Sequence record: NC_015287.1
Length of the DNA stretch: 64,000 nucleotides
Direction: 5' to 3' (one strand)
The notes under the pieces were generated by a model that had not been told where the DNA came from, ran no database searches, and saw nothing but the letters and a program-made list of their open reading frames with translations. The first letter of the stretch is position 1, and the number at the start of each line of letters is the position of its first letter. Positions 1 to 11,600 of the stretch are shown here, piece by piece. A program made the position numbers and the translations under genes.

Positions 1-3000
1 GTTAAGACTAAAGATACCATTACTGGTATTACATCAACACCTCATGAGATTGCAAACGGTGAAAGTGTAATTTTAAGTGGTATCAGTACCGCTGACTTCA
101 CTGAGTTCAATGGTGTTCGTAAAGTTAGTGTTATTACAAGAACATCTGGTCTTGCTAAGTACTTAGATAACGTAACTAATACTGGTGTTAGCACTTCTAT
201 CTTCGTTACTGACGTAAGAGGATTTGCTGCTGGGGATATCATTGGTATTGGTACAGAACAGATGACCATTACCAATATTGATGAAAGATTCTCTAGATTC
301 TTTGTAAACAGAGAAAATTACGTTGGTGCTGCAATGACTCATACAGTCGGCACTAATAACATTGTTTTAAAACCAACCAAGTTCTCTTTCCCTGTTGGCA
401 ACTCAACTGTTACTAGATTTACCTTTGAGAATGGCACTACCTTCTTTAATCCACAAGAAACAGTTGGTGTAGGTTCTACAGGAACACATTATGACATTCC
501 TCTCACTGGATTAAGTACAACTACATCACAAACCATTGAAAACAGGTTTGTACCTCAACAGAGAATCTATATTAAAGAACATAAGTTCTTCACAGGTCAA
601 GAGTTGAATTACAACATGGGTATTGGTGGAACATCTCTTGTATGGGCAAAAGTTTCTGCTGGTGCTACATCTGGTGTTGGAACTGAAGTTTTGGTCAATG
701 ATAGTAAAGTATATGCAATTAATTTTGAACAAGACTACATTGGATTATCTACAACTGGTATTCCTACTACAGGCGATGCAATTTGGTTCTATAACGTTGC
801 TTCAAACTCTGGATTTGCACATTCCTTTACTACTAACTTCCCCAAAGTCACAACTAAGGTAGAAAGGTTCTTTGGTGAAGTTGGAGTGTCTTCTGCCCAC
901 GGATTACTCACTGGAGACGTTATTACTCTAGATGCCCTTCCCCAATCTGCGGAAACTGTTGCACTTAGATATGATCCAGTTATTGCTAAGGTTACAACTG
1001 CAAAAGTTGGATTTACTAGAACAGACTTCTCTGCTGACTTAACAAGTTTGAATATCAAGGATGATGATTTCCAAAGTGGTGATAAAGTCGTTTATTATGA
1101 CAATGGCAACACTATTGATGGTTTGATCAATAATGAGACCTATTTTGTCCTTAGAGAAGATATTGACAACATTAAACTTTGCAAATACAAGTCTGATGTC
1201 TTTGATTCCAATCCTGTAGCGATTACAAGCATTACAACACCTTCTGCACTCAATCAGAGTTTCATTGCTAAGGTAAATCCTCCATTAGAGTTTATTACTG
1301 GTAATGTCATCACTTTTGATGTTTCGGATCAAAGTCTTTTGGATATGAAACTTGATTTCTATGAGGATCTCAATTTCAATCAAAGATTAGACGTTAATGG
1401 TACTAATGACACTGGATTCAACATTATCAGAGATGGAATCACAGGAAACGCTAATGCTACAGTTAAGATCACTACAAATACAGATTGGCCTAGAAAGACC
1501 TTCTATAACTTGACTCCTGTTGTTCCTTCTGACTCTAGAAAGACATATGGAACCTCTGATACAGAAGTTACAGGTAGAAACAATATAACCTTCAAAAATG
1601 TTGTTCTAAAAACAGATCATGAAGTTATCCGAAAAGATGACACTACATTTACCTTTAACTTAAAAGAAAAACCAACTTCACCTCAAAGACTGATATCTAG
1701 AGTCGGTGTAAGTACAATCACATACAGCACTGCTTCTAAGAACGCTAGAGGACCTATCAACTCCACCAAGATCAATTTCCCAGGCAAAGGATACACTGTT
1801 CTTCCTAGAGTCATTGGTTTTGCAAGTACACAAGGTAATGACGCTATCGTTAAGGTTTCATCTCCTGAGATTGGTCAAATTGATATTATTGAAAGAATTA
1901 AGGATGGATTTGACTATCCTACTGATCCTACTTTACTTCCTTTCCTTAGTGTCCCTGCAATCGTTGATATCAGTGGTATTGCAAGGATGGATGAGATCCA
2001 AGTGGTTGATGGTGGTACAAGATACAACCAACCTCCTACACTTGCAGTTCGTGGTAATGATAAAGTAAAAATTGCTGCAACTGTAAAAGGTGGATCTGTT
2101 GACAAGGTTGATATCATTGAAAACGCTTTTGAATTCAGTGAACCACTTAGTATCATTACAACTAATAACTCTAACGGTTATGACATTGATGCTATCACTC
2201 ATAGTGGTACTAGTGTTACAGTTGAACTTCTTTTAGATCCTCAGTTCAACAAACCCGTAACTACAGGATATGCAACCACAGATACTAAGTTACCATTCGA
2301 TGTTGGTGATAAGGTATTTGTCGAGAACTGTAGGATCAAACCAGCTTCACTTGCAAATGGAGAAGGTAACTTCAACTCTTCTGATTACGATTTCTCATTC
2401 TACACAGTTACAGGTGTCAACACTGCAAATGCAACTGTCACATTCAATATGGGAGATGCTCCTGGCATTTCTACTGTCACTCTTGGTTCTTATGATGATG
2501 ACTTTACTTTAGGATCTATTGTGAACTTCAACGATATGGCGAAGTTCAATATGACTATTATTGATGATGCTAAGTTCTTATCTGGTGAAAAAGTAACATC
2601 CAAGAAGTTTGAAGGATTTGTCTCAGAAGGTGGTTGGAATGGAAAGATTAGTCAACTTAGATTGAGAGACACCATTGGAACTCTAAACGCTGGTGACACA
2701 TTGGTTGGTGAGGTATCTGGTTTAGTAGGTAATGTAAGAGATGTAAACAGATTCAGTGTCAGAACAACTCTTGGTGTTACTAGAGACAAGGTTACTAAGA
2801 ATGACATGAACGTTGGTATCCTCAACGATTTCAGTCAGAGACTATCAGATAACTTCTACTTCCAGAAGTTCTCATACTCAATCAAGAGCAGACTTCCATA
2901 CACCACATGGAAAGAGTCTGTAAGATCTATTGTTCACCCATCTGGATTCTTAGAGTTCTCAGACTTGATTATTGAAAGTAATTCTAAGAATGATGCAGCT

Positions 3001-4584
3001 GCACTGGATCTTGTAAATGTTGGTATTGCTAAGTCCAACAACATGAAGGTCAAGGCAGTTGATACTAAAGTTGACCTTATCTTAAACATTGATAATGAAA
3101 TGTATTTGGGTAAGAGAGATAACTTTGCCATGGTCACTGAAGATGATCAGTTACCTAATGGTTCTGTACAGAGAATCTTCTTCCCAGAAGGTAGACCAAT
3201 TAAGAGTTTCATCTTGAACAAGACTAACAAAGTTTTGAACTTAGATGATATCTCCTCTGGTTTCAACGGTGCTCATGACAGAACAGGAACACTTGTTGGT
3301 AGTAAACAGTTCTCACTCTCTGTGGGTGGTGAACCTGTATTTAAGAAGTCATATAATGCTGCAGCAACTGCTAACGTTGACCTTGCATTGAATATCATTA
3401 GTATTCAGAATCACAACTTCCAGACTGGACAGACTGTAATTCTTGACACTCAAGGTGGTTCTAAGATTGGTATTGCAACCACATCTCATACCACAGGAAC
3501 TAAAGATATCATCATGGCGGCAAGATCATCTGGTATTGGTGGTAGTGCAATGTTTGAGAATGGATATAATGTTCAGATTCCAGGTCCTGTTACAGGAACA
3601 GCAGTTACTGCTAATCCACCAGGCGATCAATTTAGAATCTATGGATTTGGAAATCCTGATGGTGGATTACCTGGCATCTCCACCAGAGGTACAGGTGCTA
3701 GATTCCAAGTCAAGTTTGACTTTGATCAAACTACTGGACAGTGTATATCTACAGCAGTTACTCTGACTATTGGTGGTGCTGGATACTTTGTTGGAGATAA
3801 TGTAAGTATTGCTGGAACTCATTTGGGTGGTGCAACTCCTGCTAATGATCTTACATTCCCAGTTACGAAAGTTACTGGTACAAGAACAGGTGTTCAGACA
3901 TCGTATCTTAATGTTCCATCGACAAATAATGGATCTGGTTCTGGTGCGGTGTTCAATATTACCAGAGATGGTAACTTGGATGTTACTGATGTTCAAGTCG
4001 TAAGTGGTGGTACTGGTTATGCCTCTACTAACGTCATCTCTATTGCTGGTACATATGTTGGTGGTTCTACACCTACTGACAATATTTTCTTAAGTCCAGT
4101 TGAACTTGGAACCGATGTGATGCCTAATGAATTGTTTGTTCAGAAGGTTGATGATGTTAAGTTTAGAATTTCTGGATTATCTACATCATTACCATTCCAA
4201 TTTACAGGTCTAGGAACAGGAACTCACCTTCTCAAGGTTGCAGATCCTAACAAGCAGGCCTTGATTATGATTGATAATATTATTCAGACACCTATCAAGA
4301 ATAAAAAGTTAGGTGTTGAGGTCTCCGACCCAGTTGGACCAAGTGATCAGGGCATTGCAATCGGTGCTGGTATTGGTTCTCTTTCTAAGGGTGACATCAT
4401 CAAAATGGATGATGAATTAGTTAAGATTAATCAGATTGGAGACACCACATTCGTACAGGCAAGATTCGCTCTTGCAAACAGTACAGTAGCTACTGATTTC
4501 TATTATGACACTAACAGAGTTAACTCAACTGTGACTCGAATGGATACAACAACTGCTACTCACGATGATAACCCTCCATATTAA
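1..4584 (+). CDS. gp7: Baseplate wedge initiator gp7-like giant virion protein, 5'-truncated by the window edge
   Basis: Frame 1 is open from base 1 (VKTKDTITGITSTPHEIANG...) into the 262..4584 ORF, so the ATG at 262 is internal. Contains DNFYFQKFSYSIKSRLPYTTWKESVRSIVHPSGF and GFDYPTDPTL, which I recognise from cyanophage gp7-like proteins; lies upstream of gp8. Confidence 0.75.
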   Translation, partial: VKTKDTITGITSTPHEIANGESVILSGISTADFTEFNGVRKVSVITRTSGLAKYLDNVTNTGVSTSIFVTDVRGFAAGDIIGIGTEQMTITNIDERFSRFFVNRENYVGAAMTHTVGTNNIVLKPTKFSFPVGNSTVTRFTFENGTTFFNPQETVGVGSTGTHYDIPLTGLSTTTSQTIENRFVPQQRIYIKEHKFFTGQELNYNMGIGGTSLVWAKVSAGATSGVGTEVLVNDSKVYAINFEQDYIGLSTTGIPTTGDAIWFYNVASNSGFAHSFTTNFPKVTTKVERFFGEVGVSSAHGLLTGDVITLDALPQSAETVALRYDPVIAKVTTAKVGFTRTDFSADLTSLNIKDDDFQSGDKVVYYDNGNTIDGLINNETYFVLREDIDNIKLCKYKSDVFDSNPVAITSITTPSALNQSFIAKVNPPLEFITGNVITFDVSDQSLLDMKLDFYEDLNFNQRLDVNGTNDTGFNIIRDGITGNANATVKITTNTDWPRKTFYNLTPVVPSDSRKTYGTSDTEVTGRNNITFKNVVLKTDHEVIRKDDTTFTFNLKEKPTSPQRLISRVGVSTITYSTASKNARGPINSTKINFPGKGYTVLPRVIGFASTQGNDAIVKVSSPEIGQIDIIERIKDGFDYPTDPTLLPFLSVPAIVDISGIARMDEIQVVDGGTRYNQPPTLAVRGNDKVKIAATVKGGSVDKVDIIENAFEFSEPLSIITTNNSNGYDIDAITHSGTSVTVELLLDPQFNKPVTTGYATTDTKLPFDVGDKVFVENCRIKPASLANGEGNFNSSDYDFSFYTVTGVNTANATVTFNMGDAPGISTVTLGSYDDDFTLGSIVNFNDMAKFNMTIIDDAKFLSGEKVTSKKFEGFVSEGGWNGKISQLRLRDTIGTLNAGDTLVGEVSGLVGNVRDVNRFSVRTTLGVTRDKVTKNDMNVGILNDFSQRLSDNFYFQKFSYSIKSRLPYTTWKESVRSIVHPSGFLEFSDLIIESNSKNDAAALDLVNVGIAKSNNMKVKAVDTKVDLILNIDNEMYLGKRDNFAMVTEDDQLPNGSVQRIFFPEGRPIKSFILNKTNKVLNLDDISSGFNGAHDRTGTLVGSKQFSLSVGGEPVFKKSYNAAATANVDLALNIISIQNHNFQTGQTVILDTQGGSKIGIATTSHTTGTKDIIMAARSSGIGGSAMFENGYNVQIPGPVTGTAVTANPPGDQFRIYGFGNPDGGLPGISTRGTGARFQVKFDFDQTTGQCISTAVTLTIGGAGYFVGDNVSIAGTHLGGATPANDLTFPVTKVTGTRTGVQTSYLNVPSTNNGSGSGAVFNITRDGNLDVTDVQVVSGGTGYASTNVISIAGTYVGGSTPTDNIFLSPVELGTDVMPNELFVQKVDDVKFRISGLSTSLPFQFTGLGTGTHLLKVADPNKQALIMIDNIIQTPIKNKKLGVEVSDPVGPSDQGIAIGAGIGSLSKGDIIKMDDELVKINQIGDTTFVQARFALANSTVATDFYYDTNRVNSTVTRMDTTTATHDDNPPY

Positions 4585-4585
4585 C

Positions 4586-4593
4586 TATAAATA
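4586..4593 (+). promoter_or_regulatory. T4-type late promoter TATAAATA
   Basis: Exact T4 late consensus, intergenic, 20 nt before the ATG at 4614. Confidence 0.8.
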
Positions 4594-4613
4594 AAGAAAA
4601 ACGTTTTTAAGTA

Positions 4614-5636
4614 ATGTCTAAACAAGGGATTAGTACTGGTTCGGCTCCCAATGATGGGACTGGCGATACCCTATTGGCAGGGACTATTAAGATTAATAAT
4701 AACTTCAACGAAATCTACGATATTTTCGGAGACGGATCTAACCTTGTAAGTTTTGTTTCTTTCGCTAGCACTGCTGGATATTCTACCAACTGTGGTATTG
4801 CATCCACATCAGTTCTTGCTGGTCTTGCAGCGAGTGTTACAGATAACATTGACATCAATACATCTGGTGTTGTAACATCAAGTTATGCAGATGTTGGTAA
4901 AATAACAATTCAACAGCCAGGTGCAATTACAGATGGACCTATTGAAGTTGGATTTGCTGCAACAATGTTCCGAATCAAAGCAGACGGTATGGTCGGCATT
5001 GGAACATCATTACCTACTTCACAATTAGAAGTTGCATCATTCTCAAACGAAAAACCAACTATATGGTCAGTTGCAAAAGGTAATGGACATGGATTGCGAG
5101 TATCCGATGCAGCGATATCAGATAATAAGTCTTTTGTAGTTACTAACGAAGCCTACACTGGTATTGGTTCTACTGCTCCTAGATGTAGATTGGATGTGCG
5201 AGGAGATATCCAAGTAAGTGGTGCAAGTACATTAATGGATCAGGTCAACTTTAACTCTGATATTACAGAGAAAGTTGTAGGAAACTTTAGTGATCAGTTG
5301 ACTGTAAGTGCAGGCGGTACGTTCACATTTGACTTATCACAAGGAACAGTTGTTCTAGGTGGTATAACTACATCTGTTACTTCTTGGAACTTCACTAATG
5401 TCAACCCTGACAACAGTAAGGCAACAACAGTTACACTAATCAATAATGCTGGAATCGGATACACATACGGAGATTCCTGTACAGTGAATGGAGCATCTAT
5501 TGCAAACGGTATTAAATGGGTTGGTGGAAACCCTCCGCCTGCAACGGCCAATGATGATATTCTAACCTTTAGTATAGTGCGTGATAGCACTGGTGTTACC
5601 AGAGTCTATTGCAGCAGTTCTATTAACATTATTTGA
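4614..5636 (+). CDS. Short fibre-like / baseplate protein with gp9/gp10-type N-terminal motif
   Basis: N-terminus MSKQGISTGSAPNDGTGDTL matches the gp9/gp10 KQxIxxGxxxNDGTGDTL motif; has a fibre-type VGIGTSLPTSQLEV segment and a C-terminal beta domain. Confidence 0.7.
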   Translation: MSKQGISTGSAPNDGTGDTLLAGTIKINNNFNEIYDIFGDGSNLVSFVSFASTAGYSTNCGIASTSVLAGLAASVTDNIDINTSGVVTSSYADVGKITIQQPGAITDGPIEVGFAATMFRIKADGMVGIGTSLPTSQLEVASFSNEKPTIWSVAKGNGHGLRVSDAAISDNKSFVVTNEAYTGIGSTAPRCRLDVRGDIQVSGASTLMDQVNFNSDITEKVVGNFSDQLTVSAGGTFTFDLSQGTVVLGGITTSVTSWNFTNVNPDNSKATTVTLINNAGIGYTYGDSCTVNGASIANGIKWVGGNPPPATANDDILTFSIVRDSTGVTRVYCSSSINII

Positions 5637-5649
5637 GGAAGACGAGTAA

Positions 5650-8600
5650 ATGTCAACAAGAGTTACGCCAGGATCAGGAGCTCTACTAAGACCGTCTTTT
5701 AACTCAGTATATGGAGTAGTTAATGTCGAGGTTTTAGATGGTGGCTCGGGGTATGCCAAAACCGATCCTCCAAAGATCATAATTGAAGGAACAACTACAC
5801 CTTTAACTGAGGGTGTTTTCTTTCCTGTAATTAGTGGTCTAGGAACAATATCGGAAGTTATTATCTTCAAAACTGGAGCAGGGTATTATCCTGTATTCAG
5901 TACATCTACACAATCTCAAGTTGTTGTAGAAAGAGGTGCTTTTGGTACTATTTCTACAAGTCATAGTGTAGGAACTGCGTACTCAGTATATACTGGTGAT
6001 TATAATATTATTGATGACAATATCTTCTTTACTGATGCACCGTATGGTCAAGCAGGACCTATTGGATTACAAACAAGTTCTTCTTTTGCTGGTAGATTAT
6101 TCTCTAGAAAATTAGACCCATTTGATCCTAAAGATAAGAACGTAATTCTTGATGATATTGCACTAGAATTTACAGGTGTTGCAGGCACACAGTTTGACTT
6201 ATCAGAAAACCTTGGTGTAGTTACTGCTCTTTATAACAGTGTCAACACAGGTGTAGACATTAACAACAATCCGTTTATTTTGATAAACAATGTTGTTCAA
6301 ACGCCTGGTCTTGACTTTGAGATTGTTGATAATGCAGATAATAAGATTAACTTCCTGAGTGGAGTTCCTAGAGCTGGAAGAATTAATAAAGTTGGATTGC
6401 AGACTGGTGCTGGATATTACTTACCTCTCAAAGCTGCAGCAAGAGTTGGTGTTGGATCAACAGGTAGTCTTCAGTTTATTCAACTAGAAGGAAAGGGACA
6501 AGGATATAGAAACCCACCAGAGGTCACTGTAAGGTCTTCACAGGGTTATGGTGCGAGTATTTCTGCACAGATGGGTACATCTGCTGGTTCAGCAGTTGCC
6601 ATCTCCACAGCGGATTATAACCACATTACAGGTGTCTGTACATTTGTTACTGGTGGTACATCTCATGGATTTGTTGAAAACGATTTAGTCAGAATTACAG
6701 GCGCTGGATTTACATTCACTCCTGTTTCTGCAAACAGAAATATCAATACATTTGGGTATGATTACATTACTGGTATTGCAACTATTGGTGTATCAGGTGG
6801 TCACTACATTGGAACTGCAACTAACAGAAGTAGAAGTTTAGTTGTAAAACAAGTTCAAGTTACAAACGGCATAACCACATATCTATTCAGAGAAGACGCA
6901 TATCCTATTGTAGAAGTAATTGACAGTCTCAATGTATTAGTAGATTGCGGTGTTAGTACGCAACCATTAACCTATGTTAGCGGGGGACTGGTGCAAGCAG
7001 GCGTTGATACCGCAATCATGGAAGGTAGAAACGTCATTGGTTTTGATGTTCTTAGTGGTCACACTACAAACACATTCAGAGCATTTGTTGGTGTCTCCAC
7101 ATTTGAACATAATTATGTGGGTGGTGGTGTTGTAAACAGAGCCGAAGCTGGTATCGTTACAAACTTTACTATTGTTGAAGGTGGAACAGGATTCTTTGCT
7201 CCTAAGACTGTTGGATTCCTTGATGGTACACCTGTAAATGGAATTACAACTGTTACTGCGTATGGTAATAAGAGTGGTGATGAAAAAAATATAAATGCGT
7301 TGGAATATGATGCAGTTTCTGGTATTGCAACAATTACTTCATCGTCTGCTCATGGATTGACAACTTCAAACGTTGTTAAGTTATCTGGTATTGCATTTAG
7401 TACAGGTATTGGTGATATTATATTCCCATCAAATGCAAACAGATACTTTGGTGTTGTTGGTGTTGCAAGTGACTTAAACTTCACCGTTAATATCGGTGCT
7501 GCAATGACAACCACTGGTATTCATACTGCAAATGTTGGTGCTGGTATTGGTTCATTCATACCTTACGAAGGTCATGGATTGGAGACTGATGATTTTGTCA
7601 ACGTAACTGGTATTGCAGTCACATTTACAAGTGCTCCATCTGTTCGTGTTGGTGGCGTTGAGTATGATGAAACATCTGGTATTGCAACTATCTTTACTAG
7701 AGATAGACACAACCTTACAGAAGATGATTGTGTAATACTTTCTGGTATTGGATTTACTTGTGATTATGACCCTTCAATAGGTATTGGAACTGCTCAGTAT
7801 AACAACGTAACAGGAATTATGACTGTTACAACTATTGCTTCTCATGGATATAAGGTAGGTAAGGATGTTATATTGTCTGGTCTTGCATTTACATGTTCAA
7901 TAGACAATGGTGCTAGATTCCATTATTACCCAAGAAGCAGATCTACTGCATACGATACATCTCTACCTATTACAGGTTATGCTGGAACTGCACTTTCAAT
8001 AGATGTTGGTGCTGCACCTCCTAAAGATCAATACACTCACCAATTCTCAGAAGCAATCAATGGTGCTTTAGTTTATGGTGGTGACTATGATCATACCTTT
8101 ATTCGTGCAGTAGATGGTGCATTACTTACTGGAGGACCTTTTGCACATTCCTTCATCGGTGCAACTGCAACATCGACTTTTGCAGGCGGTGATTATGCAC
8201 ACACATATGTAAGTTCTGATGATAAGACTATCAAGACTGGTGGAGACTATGCACACACCTTTGATAGTGCTATTACTAATGCAATTACTGTTCCTGGCAT
8301 TGGTGGATTGTTCACTCCCACTAATGCAGACTATACTCCTAGCACTGGTTCATTAATTATAACAGTGCCTGGTCATGGATTATCAGGACCTAGTCAACAT
8401 TCAATCACAACTGCTAACTACAACCCCTTAGTGGGTATCTTGACCATCACTGTTCCTAATCACGGATTCTCAAATGGTGATCAAGTTTTAATTGCAGATA
8501 ATTCTATAGGTTGGAAATGTTCACTTGATGGATTTACAACAACAAAATATTATCCAAGAAACACAGATACTCTAAGCAATACTTGGGTTCCTATCAGTAA

Positions 8601-11600
8601 CGTCTCTACAAACACATTTGAGGTCTTTGCTGGTATTACTACTAGAGTGGATTACACCGTGTCTGCGGCGGACTACACACCCACTACAGGTATCATGACC
8701 ATGAGTATTGGAACTCATGATTTAAGAGCAGGACAAAGTTTCAAATTTAAACCAGAATCATTAGGATTTACTTGTAGGGCTGATAATTATACACGCATCA
8801 AATACTATCCAAGATCTAAAGACCCTGTTTATGAAACTGCTGTTCCTATTGTTAGTGTTGCTGGAACTACAATTACAACTCAGGTTGGTATAACAACAGA
8901 GGTCAAGTACAATATTAGATTTGCTGCATATACACCGCAGACTGGTATTATGACTGTCTCTCTAGACAGACTTCATAACTTCCAAGTTGGTGAAGCAATT
9001 AAGTTCAAGCCTGGATCTATCGTATTCAAATGTGAACAGGACGCTTTCCAAACAAATCACTTCTATCCAAGACCAACTGATCCATATTATGAAAAAACTG
9101 TAGATATAGTTGGTGCTGCTGGAACACTCTTTACTGTAAACGTAGGACCTACAACATCTTCACAGATCTACTCCTTTGTTCCTAATCAGGGTGTTGCTGT
9201 AGAGGCAGTTATTGCTGGTGGTGACTATCCATATCAATTAAATGGTATTGGAACTGATGCTGTCATAACTGGTGGTGGAGACTATACTCCATATTGGTAT
9301 CAAAATTCCACAACTGGTGCAGTTCAAAGACCAACCCAAAAAGTTGGTGTTGTGACTGGTGGATTATCATTCAAGTGTGCTAAGGACAACTATGCAACTG
9401 TTCACGCATATCCTCGTCCTACAGATCCTATTCACAATCTTGATGTAGGTATTGTTTCTGCTACAAGTAATACCTTTGAGATAAGAGTTGGTGTATCTAC
9501 AATCAGAGAACGTGGTATCTCTACATCAGTCTACAACCCTGCAACAGGTGAGTTGACAATGACAGTGGGTGCTGGACACTCTTACATCAATGAGTCATCT
9601 CATACAATTTCGACGGCAACGTACAATACTAGTACTGGTGTACTAGAACCAACTATTGCAAATCATGGTTTTGTTGCTGGTGAATATGTTAAATTTGATT
9701 TGGGTTCTATCTCATTCACATGCGATCTTGATGGTAATGTTGCTAGCAAGGCATATCCAAGATACTCCGATCCATATCTTAATAAATGGTTGCCAATTTA
9801 CAACGTTGGTGTAAACACATTTTCTGTTTATGTTGGTATTGCAACTCTTGGTGGAAACCACACATTTGTATCTGCAACTTCTGGTGGTCTCAAGAAAGCT
9901 AGAGACACTGTTGGTATCAATACAGGTTCTATTGTATTCACATGTGCCAGAGATGATCATGCTACAGAACACGCATATCCTCGTTCCTATGATCCTATTG
10001 GTAGTAATGTTTCTGTAGGTATTGGTTCTACTTCAGCGACCACACTTACAATTAATGTTGGTGTGTCTACAATCGTAAACTACGGTATTGCTACTGCTGC
10101 ATATACACCTACTACAGGTATCATGACCGTGTTCTCCAACATTCATGGTCTCAATGGTGCATACGATGATAAGACAATCCAGTTTGCAACTTATGATGCT
10201 ATCAGTGGTATTATGACAGTCACCACTAATCAACCTCACGGAATGATTACTGGTAATAGAGTCAACTTCAAGAGAGACTCTATCAGATTCAGATGTATGA
10301 TGGATCAGAGAAAATCTATTAAGAGTTATCCAAGAGCAAAAGATCCATCAGATCAACAGTGGTTATCTGTAACTGGTATTTCTACTAATCAGTTTAGTGT
10401 CGATGTGGGAACATCACCTCTTGTTTATCACAGTCCCACAAGCGGATCATATGATCCTTTCACTGGATTGATGACTGTAGACATTGGTTCTCATACTCTT
10501 AGAAAAGGAACTGGTGTAAAACTTAAAACAAGGGGATTCAAATTCACTTGTGCTTTAGATAATCATGCGACAAATCACTTCTACCCAAGGGCAAGTGGCA
10601 TATCTGGTCCAGACCCTGCTTATAATACTTCTGTTAAGATTACTTCTACAACAGATACTACTATTACACTGGATGTAGGTAAGTCATCCAACCAGTCAGA
10701 GCATATATTTGTCTCTGCTGCATCTAGTTCTGTTATCAGTGGTGGTAACTATATCCACACATTTGAGAACGCTGATTTGGATTCAATGTTGATTGCAAGG
10801 GACACAGTTGGTCTTGCAACTAATTCATACACATGGAGATGCGCTCAGGATAACTATGCAACTGATCACACATATCCTAGAACCACCGATCCTATTCACG
10901 ATGTAGAGGTTGGTATTGTTTCTACAACTCTTGATACATTTACAATGAATGTTGGTATTACATCAAGAGTTAAGTTCAATGTAACCAATGCTACCTACGA
11001 TCCTAATAGTGGATTGGTAACTATGACGACCGATTCATCTCATGGATTATCAACTACAACTGCTGTGGGTTTGGTAACAAATGGATTTGTGTACACATGT
11101 ACAATGGATCAGAACTCTACTGAACATGCTTATCCTAGAACTACTGACCCTGCACACGATACATCACTGTATCCTACTGCCGTAACTTCTAACAACGTAA
11201 CTGTAAATGTTGGTGTTTCTACTAGAGTAGAGTATAACATCAATCATGCAGATTACAATGATGTGGTGGGTATCATGACTATGTTCTTACCTACTGCTCA
11301 TGGCATTACAACCGCAGCTGGTGTTCCTAGAAATGTTAAGTTGAAGAATGAATCAATATACTTCACATGCTCCAAGGATAACTATGCAACAGCACATGTA
11401 TATCCTAAAGGTGGAGATCCTTACTACAATGGTTCTATTGTTAATAGGGTTATTGACAACAATAATATTGAGATTCAAGTAGGACCTTCAACAACACCTA
11501 GTTTCTATAATGGTGGCGGTATAATCCAAGGTGCTATACTTGCACCTAGACTTAGAAATAACTCTCCTAGTGGTGAGGACTTTGCATCTGGTGGTACATT

